Assembly: GCA_012295275.1 (NCBI GenBank)
Contig: CM022665.1
Location: forward strand, 35,402,001 to 35,466,000
DNA: 64,000 bases
Source of the DNA: Chrysomallon squamiferum
Taxonomy: Eukaryota > Animalia > Mollusca
Reading direction: 5' to 3'
Part shown: positions 1 through 13,569 of the stretch, piece by piece
Position numbering within the stretch: position 1 is the first letter of the stretch
Layout of the letters: every line of letters begins with the position of its first letter
Program-made: the position numbers and the translations under genes
The notes under the pieces: model-generated
What the model saw: only the letters and a program-made list of their open reading frames with translations
The model's database searches: none
What the model was told of the DNA's origin: nothing

Positions 1-335
1 AATAACTAAATACATTAATAAAAATAAATAAATAAATAAATAAATAAACAAATAGTAATTAATTAATAAAGAATTTTTTAGATAAAAGTTATATTTTAAT
101 AAAGATAATTATGAGCATGGCAAACTATATCGCCATTCGTTAGATTACTTTTAGAGTTTATTTGAACTAATCAATAATAATAATTATTATGATGATGATG
201 ATGATGATTATGACGATAATGATTATGGAAATACAAAATGGAAAAATTAAAACAATTACTATTTATAATTAATAAATTAATAACGATACTGTAAAATTTA
301 TAAGTTTTAAGAATAACAATAATTGTCAAACCTGT

Positions 336-404
336 TTATTTAAACATCACAGCAAACAATGTTAGAATCATTGTAGCGATCGAAGCCGTCAGCATAGTAG
401 TGCC

Positions 405-435
<31 letters not shown>

Positions 436-2230
436 GTAATAATAATAATAATAGCAATAGTAATAATAACAAACAAAACAAACAACAATATTTGTGCACA
501 TATGTTTTCTAGATCTCTCTCTCTAAAACGTTTGTAAATATCTATTTGGATTTAATGTATATATATTTATATATAGCCAAACGCTAATTACAGATAAAGA
601 ACATAGAGAAATACACAAACCACATCTCTGGTTTATATAAGTCTGGCCAGTTTCCACGACGGTTTTGTAGTTGGGATCTTTATCGCATCCACCATCAGTT
701 AGACAGCTAATATAACTCTTGTAAGCTCTGAAAAAAACAACCCCAAAACATCAGAATTCTAGTCAGGAAAAGATATCTTTTGATGTCTTTTCTAAGAATG
801 ATTTAGGAGCAGTATATTTGTTCAGCCCAGCTTTTAAAAATATTAAAAAAAATAAATAGATATAGAAACAAAATAATACCAAAAAAACACCCCAAAAAAA
901 CTCACTCCCCCAAAACAAGCAAAACAACCCACCTAAAAAAAACATAAAATAGCAACAACACCAGTATCAGCAGCAGCAGCAACAACAACAACAATAATAA
1001 TAATTAATAATAATAATAATGGTAATAATAATAATAAATAAATAAATAAATAAAAGCGAGGGTAGTATCAAATAAAACCTAGAGGCTAATCTAATGAATA
1101 TTGTAAATCAAACCAATGCACGAACAATGAGGATGTTCCTATACAGTACGAGTATTAGTTATATATTACCAGAATTAAGTTCTTAAGATGTAACCACAGA
1201 TCATGTGAAATGAACTATACTTTATATTTAGCTAGATAATTATGTAATAATATATAATTAACAGTACGTACTCGCAGTTCTTGGAAACATCAGTTCCGGC
1301 AGAAGAACTTGCTTTTGAAAATTCTGAAGCACAGTCTACTGCGATTGTAGTATTGCAGGCACTGTTGACAACGCCGAATAACCCTTTGAGATAATAAAAT
1401 AAAAATAATAAAAATAACTAAATAAAAATAAAATGATAACATGATGGTATAATAACATTAAAAGGATTCTTTTTGTTTTTTGAAGAATGTATTCGTTATT
1501 AATTTTTTGTTCAGTTGTAAAAATATTTTTGTCCAATAGTCGGCCATTCACTGACGTTTCAAACAAGGTTGTAGAATCACCTGTTATTAAAACACTAAAT
1601 ATTATTGCATTACGGGAAATATAACAGCTAATCTCTGAAATTCGCTCTATCAGATTTTACAATAGTTACTTCTAGAATATGTGATCTACTGGTAATAAAA
1701 ACTACCCAACATCCCCAGATGTTTGTCAGATTTAATTTAAAACATAATTTTCAATTAATTAGTCACAGAATCGCCGACATTTAAAACAAAAGAAAAGAAA
1801 TCACACTTTAGTTTTGAATATGGTGATAGTAAGTGTTAAGTTTCGTTATATTTATAACTGATTGTTTTAACGTTTCCTTGCTCGTCAAAGTTCAGCATGT
1901 TCGTCAGTTTCATAATTTTTGATGAAGCATTTCCTTTAATACAAAACGTTCTTTTGACTTGAAGATCAAGTATAATTTTATAGTAAGGTAACAGGATTTT
2001 GAACATGACCACAGAATCAGTAATATTTGTAATAGTTAAACAACACAAAATAAATTAAACTAGTCTATGAATATAAATAATATAAAATATAATTAAAGAT
2101 AATTGGAAATTCAAAATTAAACCAAGCAAAACAAACAGAAACAAAATAAAAAAAATATGATGAAAAAAATGAAAAATGAAAACTTTTACTTACCTACTAA
2201 TACCACAACAATCAAAGTCATATTCTTCAT
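336..2230 (-). CDS. Small secreted, probably GPI-anchored six-cysteine protein (107 aa), RGM-N/neuritin-like; 4 coding exons
   Basis: Exons 2230-2194, 1383-1272, 727-621, 403-336, all GT-AG with matching phases (1,2,1) and no internal stop. Product: MKNMTLIVVVLVGLFGVVNSACNTTIAVDCASEFSKASSSAGTDVSKNCEAYKSYISCLTDGGCDKDPNYKTVVETGQTYINQRCGTTMLTASIATMILTLFAVMFK. Hydrophobic N-terminus, N-glycosylation sequon NTT, hydrophobic C-terminal tail, TATA box upstream. Confidence 0.85.
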
Positions 2231-2304
2231 GTTTGCTGATTATTTTAATTCTTCTTCTTCTTCTATTTTTATAAGGCTGAAGAAACTCAGAAAACGAGTG
2301 TAGG

Positions 2305-2341
2305 TAAGAATAAAAACACGTACGCAATATCTCCTTTTATA
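2305..2341 (-). promoter_or_regulatory. Core promoter (TATA box plus Inr-like site) of the six-Cys gene
   Basis: Minus-strand TATAAAAG at 2341-2334. Inr-like TTATTC has its A at 2311, 30 nt downstream and about 80 nt before the ATG at 2230. Confidence 0.65.
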
Positions 2342-2345
2342 GTAA

Positions 2346-2578
2346 AATTTTATTTACAATGATAAGTTTGAACAAGAATCGGTCGTCAAGGAAAACCAAA
2401 CCAAGTGAAAAACAGATCGTCAAAAGATTATTCTAAATAATACATTGCTTTGTGTGTTTTTTCCCCTTGGTATTAGTGATTTATGCAAGTGTAGCATGCA
2501 AAAAAAAGATCCCTCGCTTAGTTCATTTATTTTTGAATATTGTCATTAGTATATATTCAAATACTGGTAATATGCACA
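2346..2578. repeat. Left arm of a ~230-bp inverted repeat (partner 5562-5793)
   Basis: Near-identical reverse complement of 5562-5793, e.g. ggtcgtcaaggaaaaccaaaccaagtgaaaaacagatcgtcaaaag vs cttttgacgatctgtttttcacttggtttggttttccttgacgacc. Confidence 0.95.
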
Positions 2579-2842
2579 TGTTATTTTATTTTATGAATAA
2601 TGGTTTTAAATAAAAAAATAACATTTTCCTTGAATTACGTATCTCCCCTGTATTTTCAATATTTTTGGAACAGCCTAAATTAAACTGTTTACCAAAAAGG
2701 GTGGTCTAGAGTTTGCACTTACTAATGTACACATATACATTTACTAGCGAGTGTGTAAGAATTGATTTCTGACAAATATTTTGACGTTTCTATCGAAACG
2801 CACTCAAAACTACACACAAAACTTGAGTGCTGTCTCTAATTA

Positions 2843-2844
<2 letters not shown>

Positions 2845-2929
<85 letters not shown>
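2845..2929. repeat. (CT)n microsatellite
   Basis: Pure dinucleotide run, followed by degenerate (TCTG/TATG)n and (TG)n tracts to about 3315. Confidence 0.95.
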
Positions 2930-2932
<3 letters not shown>

Positions 2933-3250
2933 CGTTCTATAGAATTTTATCCGTCCGCCTGTCTATATATCTGTCAGTATGTCTATATCAGTATATGTCT
3001 GTCTGCCTGTCTATTTGTCGGTCTTTCTATCTGTCTCTTCATCGATTTGTATGTTTGTCATTTTGTATTTTTGTCTGTCTGTAGGTCTATTTGTGTGCCT
3101 GTGACATTTAGTATGTAATGTGTATGTATGTGAATGTATGTATATATGTATATTTGTCTTTATTATATGTATGTATGTATGTATGTATGCATGCATGAAA
3201 TATGTATCATGTATACATGTATATTAGTGCAAATATGTATGAATGGATGA

Positions 3251-3295
<45 letters not shown>

Positions 3296-3691
3296 TGTAA
3301 TTATGTTTGTGTGTGTATGGAGAACTTGGAATGATACATGATGAAGTGGATGCAATGACAATGACTTTATTCTCATAAACTGTAGATTACAGTACAGAGA
3401 AGAATGTATTATAGCTATATAATAACAAAATTAAAATGCACATGCGCGGAAGTTTAACGTGGAGGACAAAAATTTGGTGACGTTTCAATGATTTTTCCAT
3501 ATTTGATGATAGTGATCATGTAATATTTTGAATATCGTTTCACGTAACCATTTAACATTATCAAAGTTGTGGTAAGTCCATATATACGTTAAACCACAAT
3601 CATCTAAAATATTTTTTGAAAATTTGTTCCAAGGAGAATCGATAACAGGCATTAAATAATACAGCTGTGAGGAAATCTTGTTTTGGGTTTT

Positions 3692-3860
3692 TCAAATTAG
3701 TTTCTCCCACAAGGTTATCATTCTTACTTTTATGGAAATACAAAGGGGATACCGTCCAAGTTCACTACTGATAATAAAACCAGTGGCACATTTATTAACA
3801 TTTAGTAAATACTTACAAAATTTCATATGGAGTCTTTCTATTGCAGAAACAATTATAGAC
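3692..3860 (-). mobile_element. Fragment of non-LTR retrotransposon (LINE) ORF2, region C-terminal to the RT domain
   Basis: Translation IERLHMKFCKYLLNVNKCATGFIISSELGRYPLCISIKVRMITLWEKL matches the IERxHxKFCKxxL...ELGRYPL...YW pattern of invertebrate LINE ORF2 C-terminal regions (recalled). No host-gene exon context. Confidence 0.7.
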
Positions 3861-4539
3861 AGATTCGCACAATCATCTAGTGAACAGATACGACTGCTCT
3901 TAACATGGTGGTCTGCATGCAATATAATAATAATAATAATAATCATCATAATCATTATAATAGAAATAAAGAATTAAGAAAATTTCATTTATGTAATTTT
4001 TGAAAGTGTTATTTAATCGTTTTAAGATTTAAATGATAGCATTGTAGTTATTGTAAGTTATATGTATTTATAAATGAATGATTATACATGTATGCACATA
4101 TTTGTATAAATATTGTGTATGTATGTATATATGTATGTATGTATGCATATATGTATGTAAGTATATGTTTGTATGTGTATGTGTGTGTGTATTGCATATA
4201 TGTCGTCTCAAATTTGGGGTATTAAACATACATACATACATACATTTAGAGAACAAATATTTGAGTACATCCACAAATCAGTTTACTTAAATTAAATTCA
4301 AATTACTAAACTAACAATGTGAGAGTGAAGTCTCCAACTTCTAGTGGCTAGTTTTTCAGTCTGTCAAAATTTAACTGATAACGAAATTTGATGACGCCAT
4401 TTATCTCGTTAATAAGAATATTTGTGAAAGTACACTTGGTACCAGGTCTTCAATAGTTTACTTAGATATAATTGTTGTACTTTTATAAACAAACTTGATA
4501 AACACTGAATTCTCTCTGTTTCTCTGTTTCTCACACACA

Positions 4540-4543
<4 letters not shown>

Positions 4544-4606
<63 letters not shown>
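4544..4606. repeat. (AG)n microsatellite
   Basis: Pure dinucleotide run. Confidence 0.95.
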
Positions 4607-4609
<3 letters not shown>

Positions 4610-4662
4610 AGCACATACACATTTTATTACTATGAAAGAATATATCTGTATATATTCTAAAG

Positions 4663-4940
4663 CACTGGTTTTCAACCTTTTTCATACCCCGACCCCTTAT
4701 GAGCAACTCACTATGACCGATGACCCCTTTAAAAATTTTGATTCAATAATATCTAGGGTTACCATATTTTCATCAACCAAAGACAGTACACAAGGAATCT
4801 ATATTCCCAAACCTATCTACACATTTTTATTTATTCCTCCTTCCAATTCAAGTTGAAAAAAGCTAAAACATACCATCGCTCAAAAACGATCTCGCGACCC
4901 CCAGAAAAAAATCTGGCGACCCCCAGGTTGAAAACCTATG
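4663..4940. mobile_element. Non-autonomous hAT (Charlie-like) MITE, 278 bp
   Basis: TIRs CACTGGTTTTCAACCT / AGGTTGAAAACCTATG; perfect 8-bp TSD TTCTAAAG at 4655-4662 and 4941-4948; subterminal CGACCCC motifs. Confidence 0.92.
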
Positions 4941-5561
4941 TTCTAAAGTAAGCTTTTCTGTTAAGAAATTCAATGAATAACGTAATAAGAATCATACTAT
5001 CTTTGAAATCTAATGACATTTATATTAGCATGAATATATCTCAGATCCGAGATAGACCCAAGGCATGGAAGCAAGTTGGATCTTGTCCTTCAAACTAAAC
5101 TTTTAATGCTTCATTCTGTCACTAACCAATGGTGCAGTTTTTAACCTTCACAAACAAGCTGTTCTCGTGTTTACGGAATATGTTTATACATACGAAATAG
5201 GATGCCGATAACGATCTTTCTTTAATTTTAAAATTATTTCGAATGAAAGCCCAGAAGGAAAAAAATGTTGTTTTATTTGTTTTTTTAGAGTAATAAAATA
5301 GGCGACAGTATCTATTCCATCAAGGCTGCTTAATGGTTGGTTACACGTAAAATCGCATTTACATGATATATGAAGTCGAAAAAATTGCATTGTAAGAAAA
5401 GGGTGAGAACGTCGCTTAGTCGGAACATATAATTTAATGTGAAGTGCGTAAATAAAAGGTCAGCTCTATAGCAACCAGTATGCACGTGTTGTCGCTAGGA
5501 GAACCTAAATTATAGGATCAAAACATACAATATGACGGTTTAACTTGATAAAACCAATGCA

Positions 5562-6208
<647 letters not shown>

Positions 6209-7380
6209 TCTTTCTCCTTGTTAAACTACAAATAAAATATAAAATTTAAGATGGAATATATTAGATAATTTTCTTACTGCAGTGTGATTCTGATGTATTT
6301 TCAACAAATGTCCAAAATATATTTTTGTTGCTTTTTTGTCGTCCAGTTTTAAATGCGTGTAAAAATGACAAAAAAAGAGTTCAATTTAAAAAATCTACAT
6401 GTCATCACTGCGAACATGATGGACAGCTTTGCTTTACGGTTTATTCAGAATAAATACAGCTATCAATCCGCCATGTACGCGACGAGGTAACCTCTTTAGA
6501 CGAGGAGTAAAATGGCGCGGTTCAAATGTTTTGTTCTATGTTATGCTTTGTTATTAGCGATGATGGCTCGCCAAAGCAATAAAACATTAATTTGAAAGTA
6601 AATAATTTGAATTTTTAATTCTGCTTCTTCTTCTTTTTTATTTTTTATATAGACCATTCATTATTACGCCACAGGTATACATAAAAGCGGGTTTCCAGAG
6701 TTTCAATTTCAAATTGTATTCAAAAGTAATTCCAAATAATTTTACAATTAAAGGGAAATTATACAAACTTGATACCATTTGTCACCAGATTACTTAGATA
6801 CGTTTTCAGGTGAAGACAGGCGTGCTTAACATTAATTTGATATTCCCCCAAAACAGATAACATCAGATATATATTATGGTCCCTACTCGACCAAGAGAAG
6901 GAGACTGCAGGCTATTGGAAACATTCGATTTGAAATTTTAAATAGTCTAGATAAATACTGCTAGCAATAAATCGACAGAATACAGTAAAATAAAATAAAT
7001 ATGATGATGATGATAAAGCAAACCAAGAAAGAGAGAGATATCGTTTTAATTATTAATTTTTTAAACGAGAAACAGCGTTAAAGAAACATTATTTTTATGT
7101 ATCTGTACATCTTAACATCAAATATTTTTAAATTATTAAATTTAAGAATGATTTAATATTTGGAATAGAGCTTCGTCATTGATTTCAATACAAGAAACTG
7201 AAAGAAAAAAAAAGAAGATTATTAATAATCACAGCTGTAAATTATTAGTTAACAGGTTATCACAAAACTGCTATAAATAAGGTATCTAGAACTTTTATTT
7301 TTGTTTCTAAAATAAGAAATTAATGAATAAATACTTGCATTTATTAAAAACATTAGAGACAGAGGGTAGGTATTTTGTCA

Positions 7381-7422
<42 letters not shown>

Positions 7423-8091
7423 GCTGTCTCCAAGTACTAGTCTAGTAGATTAACACATAGTGTTTTTTATTTTTTTATTTTTTTTTATGGGATGATTCAC
7501 ATAAAAAATCCCTTTGCGTTACAACTGAAAAATTATACTATGAATGCAGTGGAAGAAAAGCTGGAATGTTTTCTTAGGACAATCTCAGCATGATCTAGAA
7601 ACACACACACACACTTCATTTCATAAACCAGTAACAGGATCTGAAAAGTTCATTTCTATCTAGTATTAAAGACTGTAGTATATTATATACTTTACTGTAT
7701 AAAGGATTGCACCAAGAAAGATGTCTAACTGCTAGTCTGTAACAATATCCAAGAAAATGATTGCAGAAAATTATATCTTTTGAAAAATGTGTTGGAACCT
7801 AAAATACTGTCTACATACAGAATAAAAAAAATCTGTTATATGTATCTTGGTAAAAACCGGTCATGAAATGATTGCTGTAAAGGGGTTTACCCAATCGTAA
7901 CCTTGCCTGATAATATATTGCAACCCTTTATGATTCAGACATGCAATCTCTCACTACTGAATTCTCTTTTTAGTTAGTTAAAGGTCATAAATTAAGATCA
8001 TTAATATAAAAATTAGTGTCCTGCCTGATCAGCCATTCGTTTATTTATATCAGTATTTAACTGCGTTTTCATATAGAAATCAGTTTGTTAG

Positions 8092-10964
8092 GTATCATGT
8101 GTGTACGTATCATGTATGTACATAACGTGTGTATACGTATCATGTATGTACATACCGTGTGTATATGTATCATGTATGTACATAACGTGTGTATATGTAT
8201 CATGTGTGTACGTACCATGTATGTACATAACGTGTGTATATGTATCATGTATGTACATAACGTGTGTGTATGTATCATGTGTGTACGTACCATGTATGTA
8301 CATAACGTGTGTATATGTATCATGTATGTACATGTGTATATGTATATATCATGTATGTATCATGTATGTACATAACGTGTGTATATGTATCATGTGTGTA
8401 CGTATCATGTATGTACATAACGTGTGTGTACGTATCATGTATGTACATAACGTGTGTGTATGTATCATGTATGTACATAACGTGTGTATATGTATCATGT
8501 ATGTACATAACGTGTGTATATGTATCATGTGTGTACGTATCATGTATGTACATAACGTGTGTGTACGTACCATGTATGTACATAACGTGTGTATATGTAT
8601 CATGTATGTATGTATATGTATAACGTGTGTATATGTATCATGTATGTACATAACGTGTATATGTATGTATGTACATAACATGTGTGTATGTATCATGTAT
8701 GTACATAACGTGTGTATATGTATACATAACGTGTGTACATATCATGTATGTACATAACGTGTGTATATGTATCATGGGTGTACATAACGTGTGTGTATGT
8801 ATCATGTATGTACATAACGTGTGTGTACGTACCATGTATGTACATAACGTGTGTATATGTATCATGTATGTACATAACGTGTGTATATGTATCATGTATG
8901 TACATAACGTGTGTACGTATCATGTATGTACATAACGTGTGTGTACGTATCATGTATGTACATAACGTGTGTGTATGTATCATGTATGTACATAACGTGT
9001 GTATATGTATCATGTATGTACATAACGTGTGTGTATGTATCATGTGTGTATGTATCATGTATGTACATAACGTGTGTGTATGTATCATGTATGTACATAA
9101 CGTGTGTGTACGTATCATGTATGTACATAACGTGTGTATATGTATCATGTATGTACATGTATGTAATATGTATGTGTATGTATCATGTATGTACATAACG
9201 TGTATCATGTATCATATATGTACATAACGTGTGTATATGTGTATGTATAACGTGTGTATATGTATATGTGTACATGTATAACATGTGTGTACGTATCATG
9301 TATGTACATAACGTGTGTATATGTATCATGTATGTACATAACGTGTGTATATGTATCATGTATGTACATAACGTGTGTATGTATCATGTATGTACATAAC
9401 GTGTAACGTGTACATAATCGTGTGTGTACATGTATCATGTATGTACATAACGTGTGTATGTATCATGTATGTACATAACGTGTGTATATGTCATGTATGT
9501 ACATAACGTGTGTATATGTATCATGTATGTACATAACGTGTGTATATGTATCATGTATGTACATAACGTGTGTATGTATCATGTATGTACATAACGTGTG
9601 TATATGTATCATGTATGTACATAACGTGTGTATATGTATCATGTATGTACATAACGTGTGTATATGTATCATGTGTGTACGTACCATGTATGTACATAAC
9701 GTGTGTATATGTATCATGTATGTACATAACGTGTGTATATGTATCATGTGTGTACGTATCATGTATGTACATAACGTGTGTATATGTATCATGTATGTAC
9801 ATAACGTGTGTATATGTATCATGTATGTACATAACGTGTATGTACATAATGTATCATGTATATGTATCATGTATGTACATAACGTGTATGTATATGTATG
9901 TAACATGTGTGTATATGTATCATGTATGTACATAACGTGTGTGTACGTATCATGTATGTACATAACGTGTGTATATGTATCATGTATGTACATAACGTGT
10001 GTGTACGTATCATGTATGTACATAACGTGTGTATATGTATCATGTATGTACATAACGTGTGTATATGTATCATGTATGTACATAACGTGTGTGTACGTAT
10101 CATGTATGTACATAACGTGTGTATATGTATCATGGGTGTACATAACGTGTGTGTATGTATCATGTGTGTACATAACGTGTGTGTATGTATCATGTGTGTA
10201 TGTATCATGTGTGTACGTACCATGTATGTACATAACGTGTGTGTACATATCATGTATGTACATAACGTGTGTATATGTATCATGTATGTACATAACGTGT
10301 GTATATGTATCATGTATGTACATAACGTGTGTGTATGTATCATGTGTGTACGTACCATGTATGTACATAACGTGTGTATATGTATCATGTATGTACATAA
10401 CGTGTGTATATGTATCATGTATGTACATAACGTGTGTATATGTATCATGTATGTACATAACGTGTGTATATGTATCATGTGTGTACGTACCATGTATGTA
10501 CATAACGTGTGTGTATATGTATCATGTATGTACATAACGTGTGTATATGTATCATGTATGTACATAACGTGTGTATATGTATCATGTATGTACATAACGT
10601 GTGTATATGTATCATGTGTGTACGTATCATGTATGTACATAACGTGTGTGTACGTATCATGTATGTACATAACGTGTGTGTACGTATCATGTATGTACAT
10701 AACGTGTGTATACGTATCATGTATGTACATAACGTGTGTACGTATCGTGTGTGTACGTATAATGTATGTACATAACGTGTGCATACGTATCGTGTGTGTA
10801 CGTATCATGTATGTATATATCATGTGTGTACATAACGTGTGTGTATGCCTCGTATGTGTACATATCATGTGTGTACGTATCGTGTGTGTACGTATCATGT
10901 GTGTACGTATCATGCGTGTACATAACGTGTGTGTACGTATCATGTGTGTACATAACGTGTGTGT
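8092..10964. repeat. ~2.9-kb satellite array, 30-bp unit GTATCATGTATGTACATAACGTGTGTATAT with shorter half-unit variants
   Basis: Dozens of tandem copies with interspersed GTATCATGTGTGTAC-type half units. More diverged near 9150-9450 and 10740-10930. It accounts for all the repetitive ORFs in the track. Confidence 0.97.
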
Positions 10965-11317
10965 GGAAAGAGGAATCCCTTGATGTACCTGAAGTTGTTT
11001 ACTTGAACAGTAAGTGCGAAAGTAAACACTGAAACTGTCACGATGGATCCACCTATATGGGGTACAAAAATAAATAAATAAATAAAAAATAAAATTGTGG
11101 TGATATTAACAGTTGTATACAACTTAGGATAATATTACTTCTGGTAGGAGTACTAGTACTAGTGGCATCATACTAATTGTCGTAGTTATAGTGGCATTAG
11201 TATTAATAGTAATACTGATGTCTGTGAAACAATAATACTCCTATAACTTGCAGTAGATTATCAATAACAGTTGTAGTAGCAACGGCTAAATTTGAAGTAG
11301 TCACTTAGAATATACCT

Positions 11318-11369
<52 letters not shown>

Positions 11370-12331
11370 CTATACAAATACTACTAATAACAATACTAAC
11401 AATAACAATGATAAAATAATAATTATCATGCTAATATTTATTGTTTTATATAATAAAATAAAACAATAATTAATAGTAATAATAATAAAAACAGTAGTAA
11501 TAATTTAAAAAAAACGAATTAAAATAACAACTAAAACAAAATCATCAGTTACAACAACAACGCAACCACGTACCATCAGTACACAGTTGTTTCATTTCAA
11601 ATGCAGTTTGTAGAAAGACAATTTATGTAGTTATTTTTAGCTCTACAAAAACAAATATTGATTATAGAAATTGTACGCAACATATAAACAGGAATGTAAA
11701 AGTTACATTATATACAACATAATGCAATAATAAATAATAAATAAATAAATAAACAAATAAATTCAAAGATTTTTAAATAATTATTTCCTGTTTTATTAAA
11801 AAAAAATAATAATAAAAAATTGCTTACATGCATAACTTTGTTAGGTATGGCCCAGCAGTAAGGATTTCCAAATTGTGGATATGTGTGCATGTATTAAAAC
11901 CAGCACCTTTACATGCTGGATGGATGCTACCAAACATACCTATCAAACAAACATCAATTTAATACATATATAAAATCATATATATATATAAAGAAAAAGA
12001 AGAAAAAAGAGGAGGAAGAAGAAATAACAAAACAAACAAAACAGATGCTGTTGTTTGCATTACGTTTGATTCTCTTCTTATTAAAATTTCACATTGATAG
12101 GTTTCATGTTTGCTTTAGAAGTTAACAAATTCAATAAACACTAAAGAAAAAGAACCAAAAAAAAAAAAAAAAAAAAGAACAAACTGAATAAATAAATAAT
12201 AAAAAAAAAAAGAAATGAAAGAAAAAAATAGAAAAATAGTTAAATTTTATTTCTTCTGAAATCATTCAATTAAATATATATATAAGTAATAAGAAGTAAC
12301 ATAATTTAATATTATCCACAATTATATAAAT

Positions 12332-13569
12332 CAGTGGTTCTCAAAGGGTGTGCCCGGGGGCACCAGTGCGCCCGGAGACATGGTTAGGTGTGCCCCACGA
12401 AATTCTAGGATGTAGGTAGATATTTGTGATGATAAAAAAGGGATTATGTTAAAAGCGGAAAGATATCTAGTAAGAAATAGCCTGTTGCCCGGAAGAAGAT
12501 TTTATACACGTTGTACACTCGTTCGAAACGAGTTCTGGCTGATGAGCAAGCGCGGCTGCTCAAGGTTGCGCAGTAGTTTACCAGTGACAGTATGAGTGAT
12601 AGGGTGTGCAAGTGTGATAAATAGCTAAAGTGAACATCTCACACACAAGGGCAGTAACTAAATATATCAGTGAACACCTCTCACACATGGGCGGTAACTC
12701 TAAATATATCAGTGAACACCTCTCACACATGGGCGGTAACTCTAAATATATCAGTGAACATCTCTCACACAAGGGAACTAACTAAATATATCAGTGAACA
12801 CCACTCACACAAGGGCGGTAACTCTAAATATATCAGTGAACACCACTCACACAAGGGCAGTAACTCTAAATATATCAGTGAACATCTCTCACACAAGGGA
12901 ACTAACTAAATATATCAGTGAACACCTCTCACACATGGGCGGTAACTCTAAATATATCAGTGAACATCTCTCACACAAGGGAACTAACTAAATATATCAG
13001 TGAACACCACTCACACAAGGGCGGTAACTCTAAATATATCAGTGAACACCACTCACACAAGGGCAGTAACTCTAAATATATCAGTGAACATCTCTCACAC
13101 AAGGGAACTAACTAAATATATCAGTGAACACCTCTCACACATGGGCGGTAACTCTAAATATATCAGTGAACATCTCTCACACAAGGGAACTAATTAAATA
13201 TATCAGTGAACGCCACTCACACAAGGGCAGTAACTAAATATATCAGTGAACATCTCTCATACAAGGGCGGTAACTCTAAATATATCAGTGAACATCTCTC
13301 ACAGAAGAAAAAACAAACGGTACAGATTCCAGACGAGAACCGTTTGTACGCGAAATGATGAAGAATCTGACATAGATGTAGACAACGAGGATAGACAACC
13401 TCAGCAGCATGCTCCGCAACTGATTCAGCCGCAATATCCTTCTTTCAATTATTTCTGTATTTTTTTACATTTTGTATTATATTTCTTAGCATTTTGTGTG
13501 TAGTGTGCCCGCAATTTTTTTTATAAGGCTTCAAGTGTGCTCCGACTTCAAAAAGTTTGAGAACCACTG
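12332..13569. mobile_element. Non-autonomous hAT (Charlie-like) element, 1238 bp, with internal minisatellite
   Basis: Perfect 14-bp TIRs CAGTGGTTCTCAAA / TTTGAGAACCACTG; perfect 8-bp TSD ATATAAAT at 12324-12331 and 13570-13577; subterminal TGTGCCC motifs. Confidence 0.95.
12628..13303. repeat. 40/42-bp minisatellite (~17 copies) with a 206-bp higher-order period
   Basis: Unit AAATATATCAGTGAACA(C/T)C(T/A)CTCACACA(A/T)GGG..TAACT(CT). GTGAAC recurs at 12630, 12670, 12712, 12754, 12794 ... 13288. Identical ORFs at 12794 and 13000 confirm the 206-bp period. Confidence 0.95.

Noticed and set aside
6512-6595. Signal-peptide-like ORF MARFKCFVLCYALLLAMM... as a plus-strand paralog driven by the duplicated promoter
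   Set aside because: Stops after 27 codons, has no phase-1 donor, and no matching 112-nt Cys exon was found downstream.
8069-11032. Long ORFs (up to 358 aa) on both strands
   Set aside because: They are translations of the 30-bp satellite, open in several frames on both strands, with no gene context.
11126-11233. Plus-strand hydrophobic frame (STSGIILIVVVIVALVLIVILMSVKQ*) as a GPI or transmembrane exon
   Set aside because: Derived from degenerate TAG/TAA low-complexity sequence, and the splice phase does not fit the upstream candidate.
8084-11848. 12-bp direct match TTTGTTAGGTAT at 8084 and 11837 as a TSD around the satellite
   Set aside because: The second copy lies inside paralog exon 2, so it cannot flank an insertion; probably chance.
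12628-13303. CRISPR-like repeat/spacer appearance
   Set aside because: The variable parts are four near-identical variants rather than unique spacers; eukaryotic context, inside a hAT element, no cas genes.
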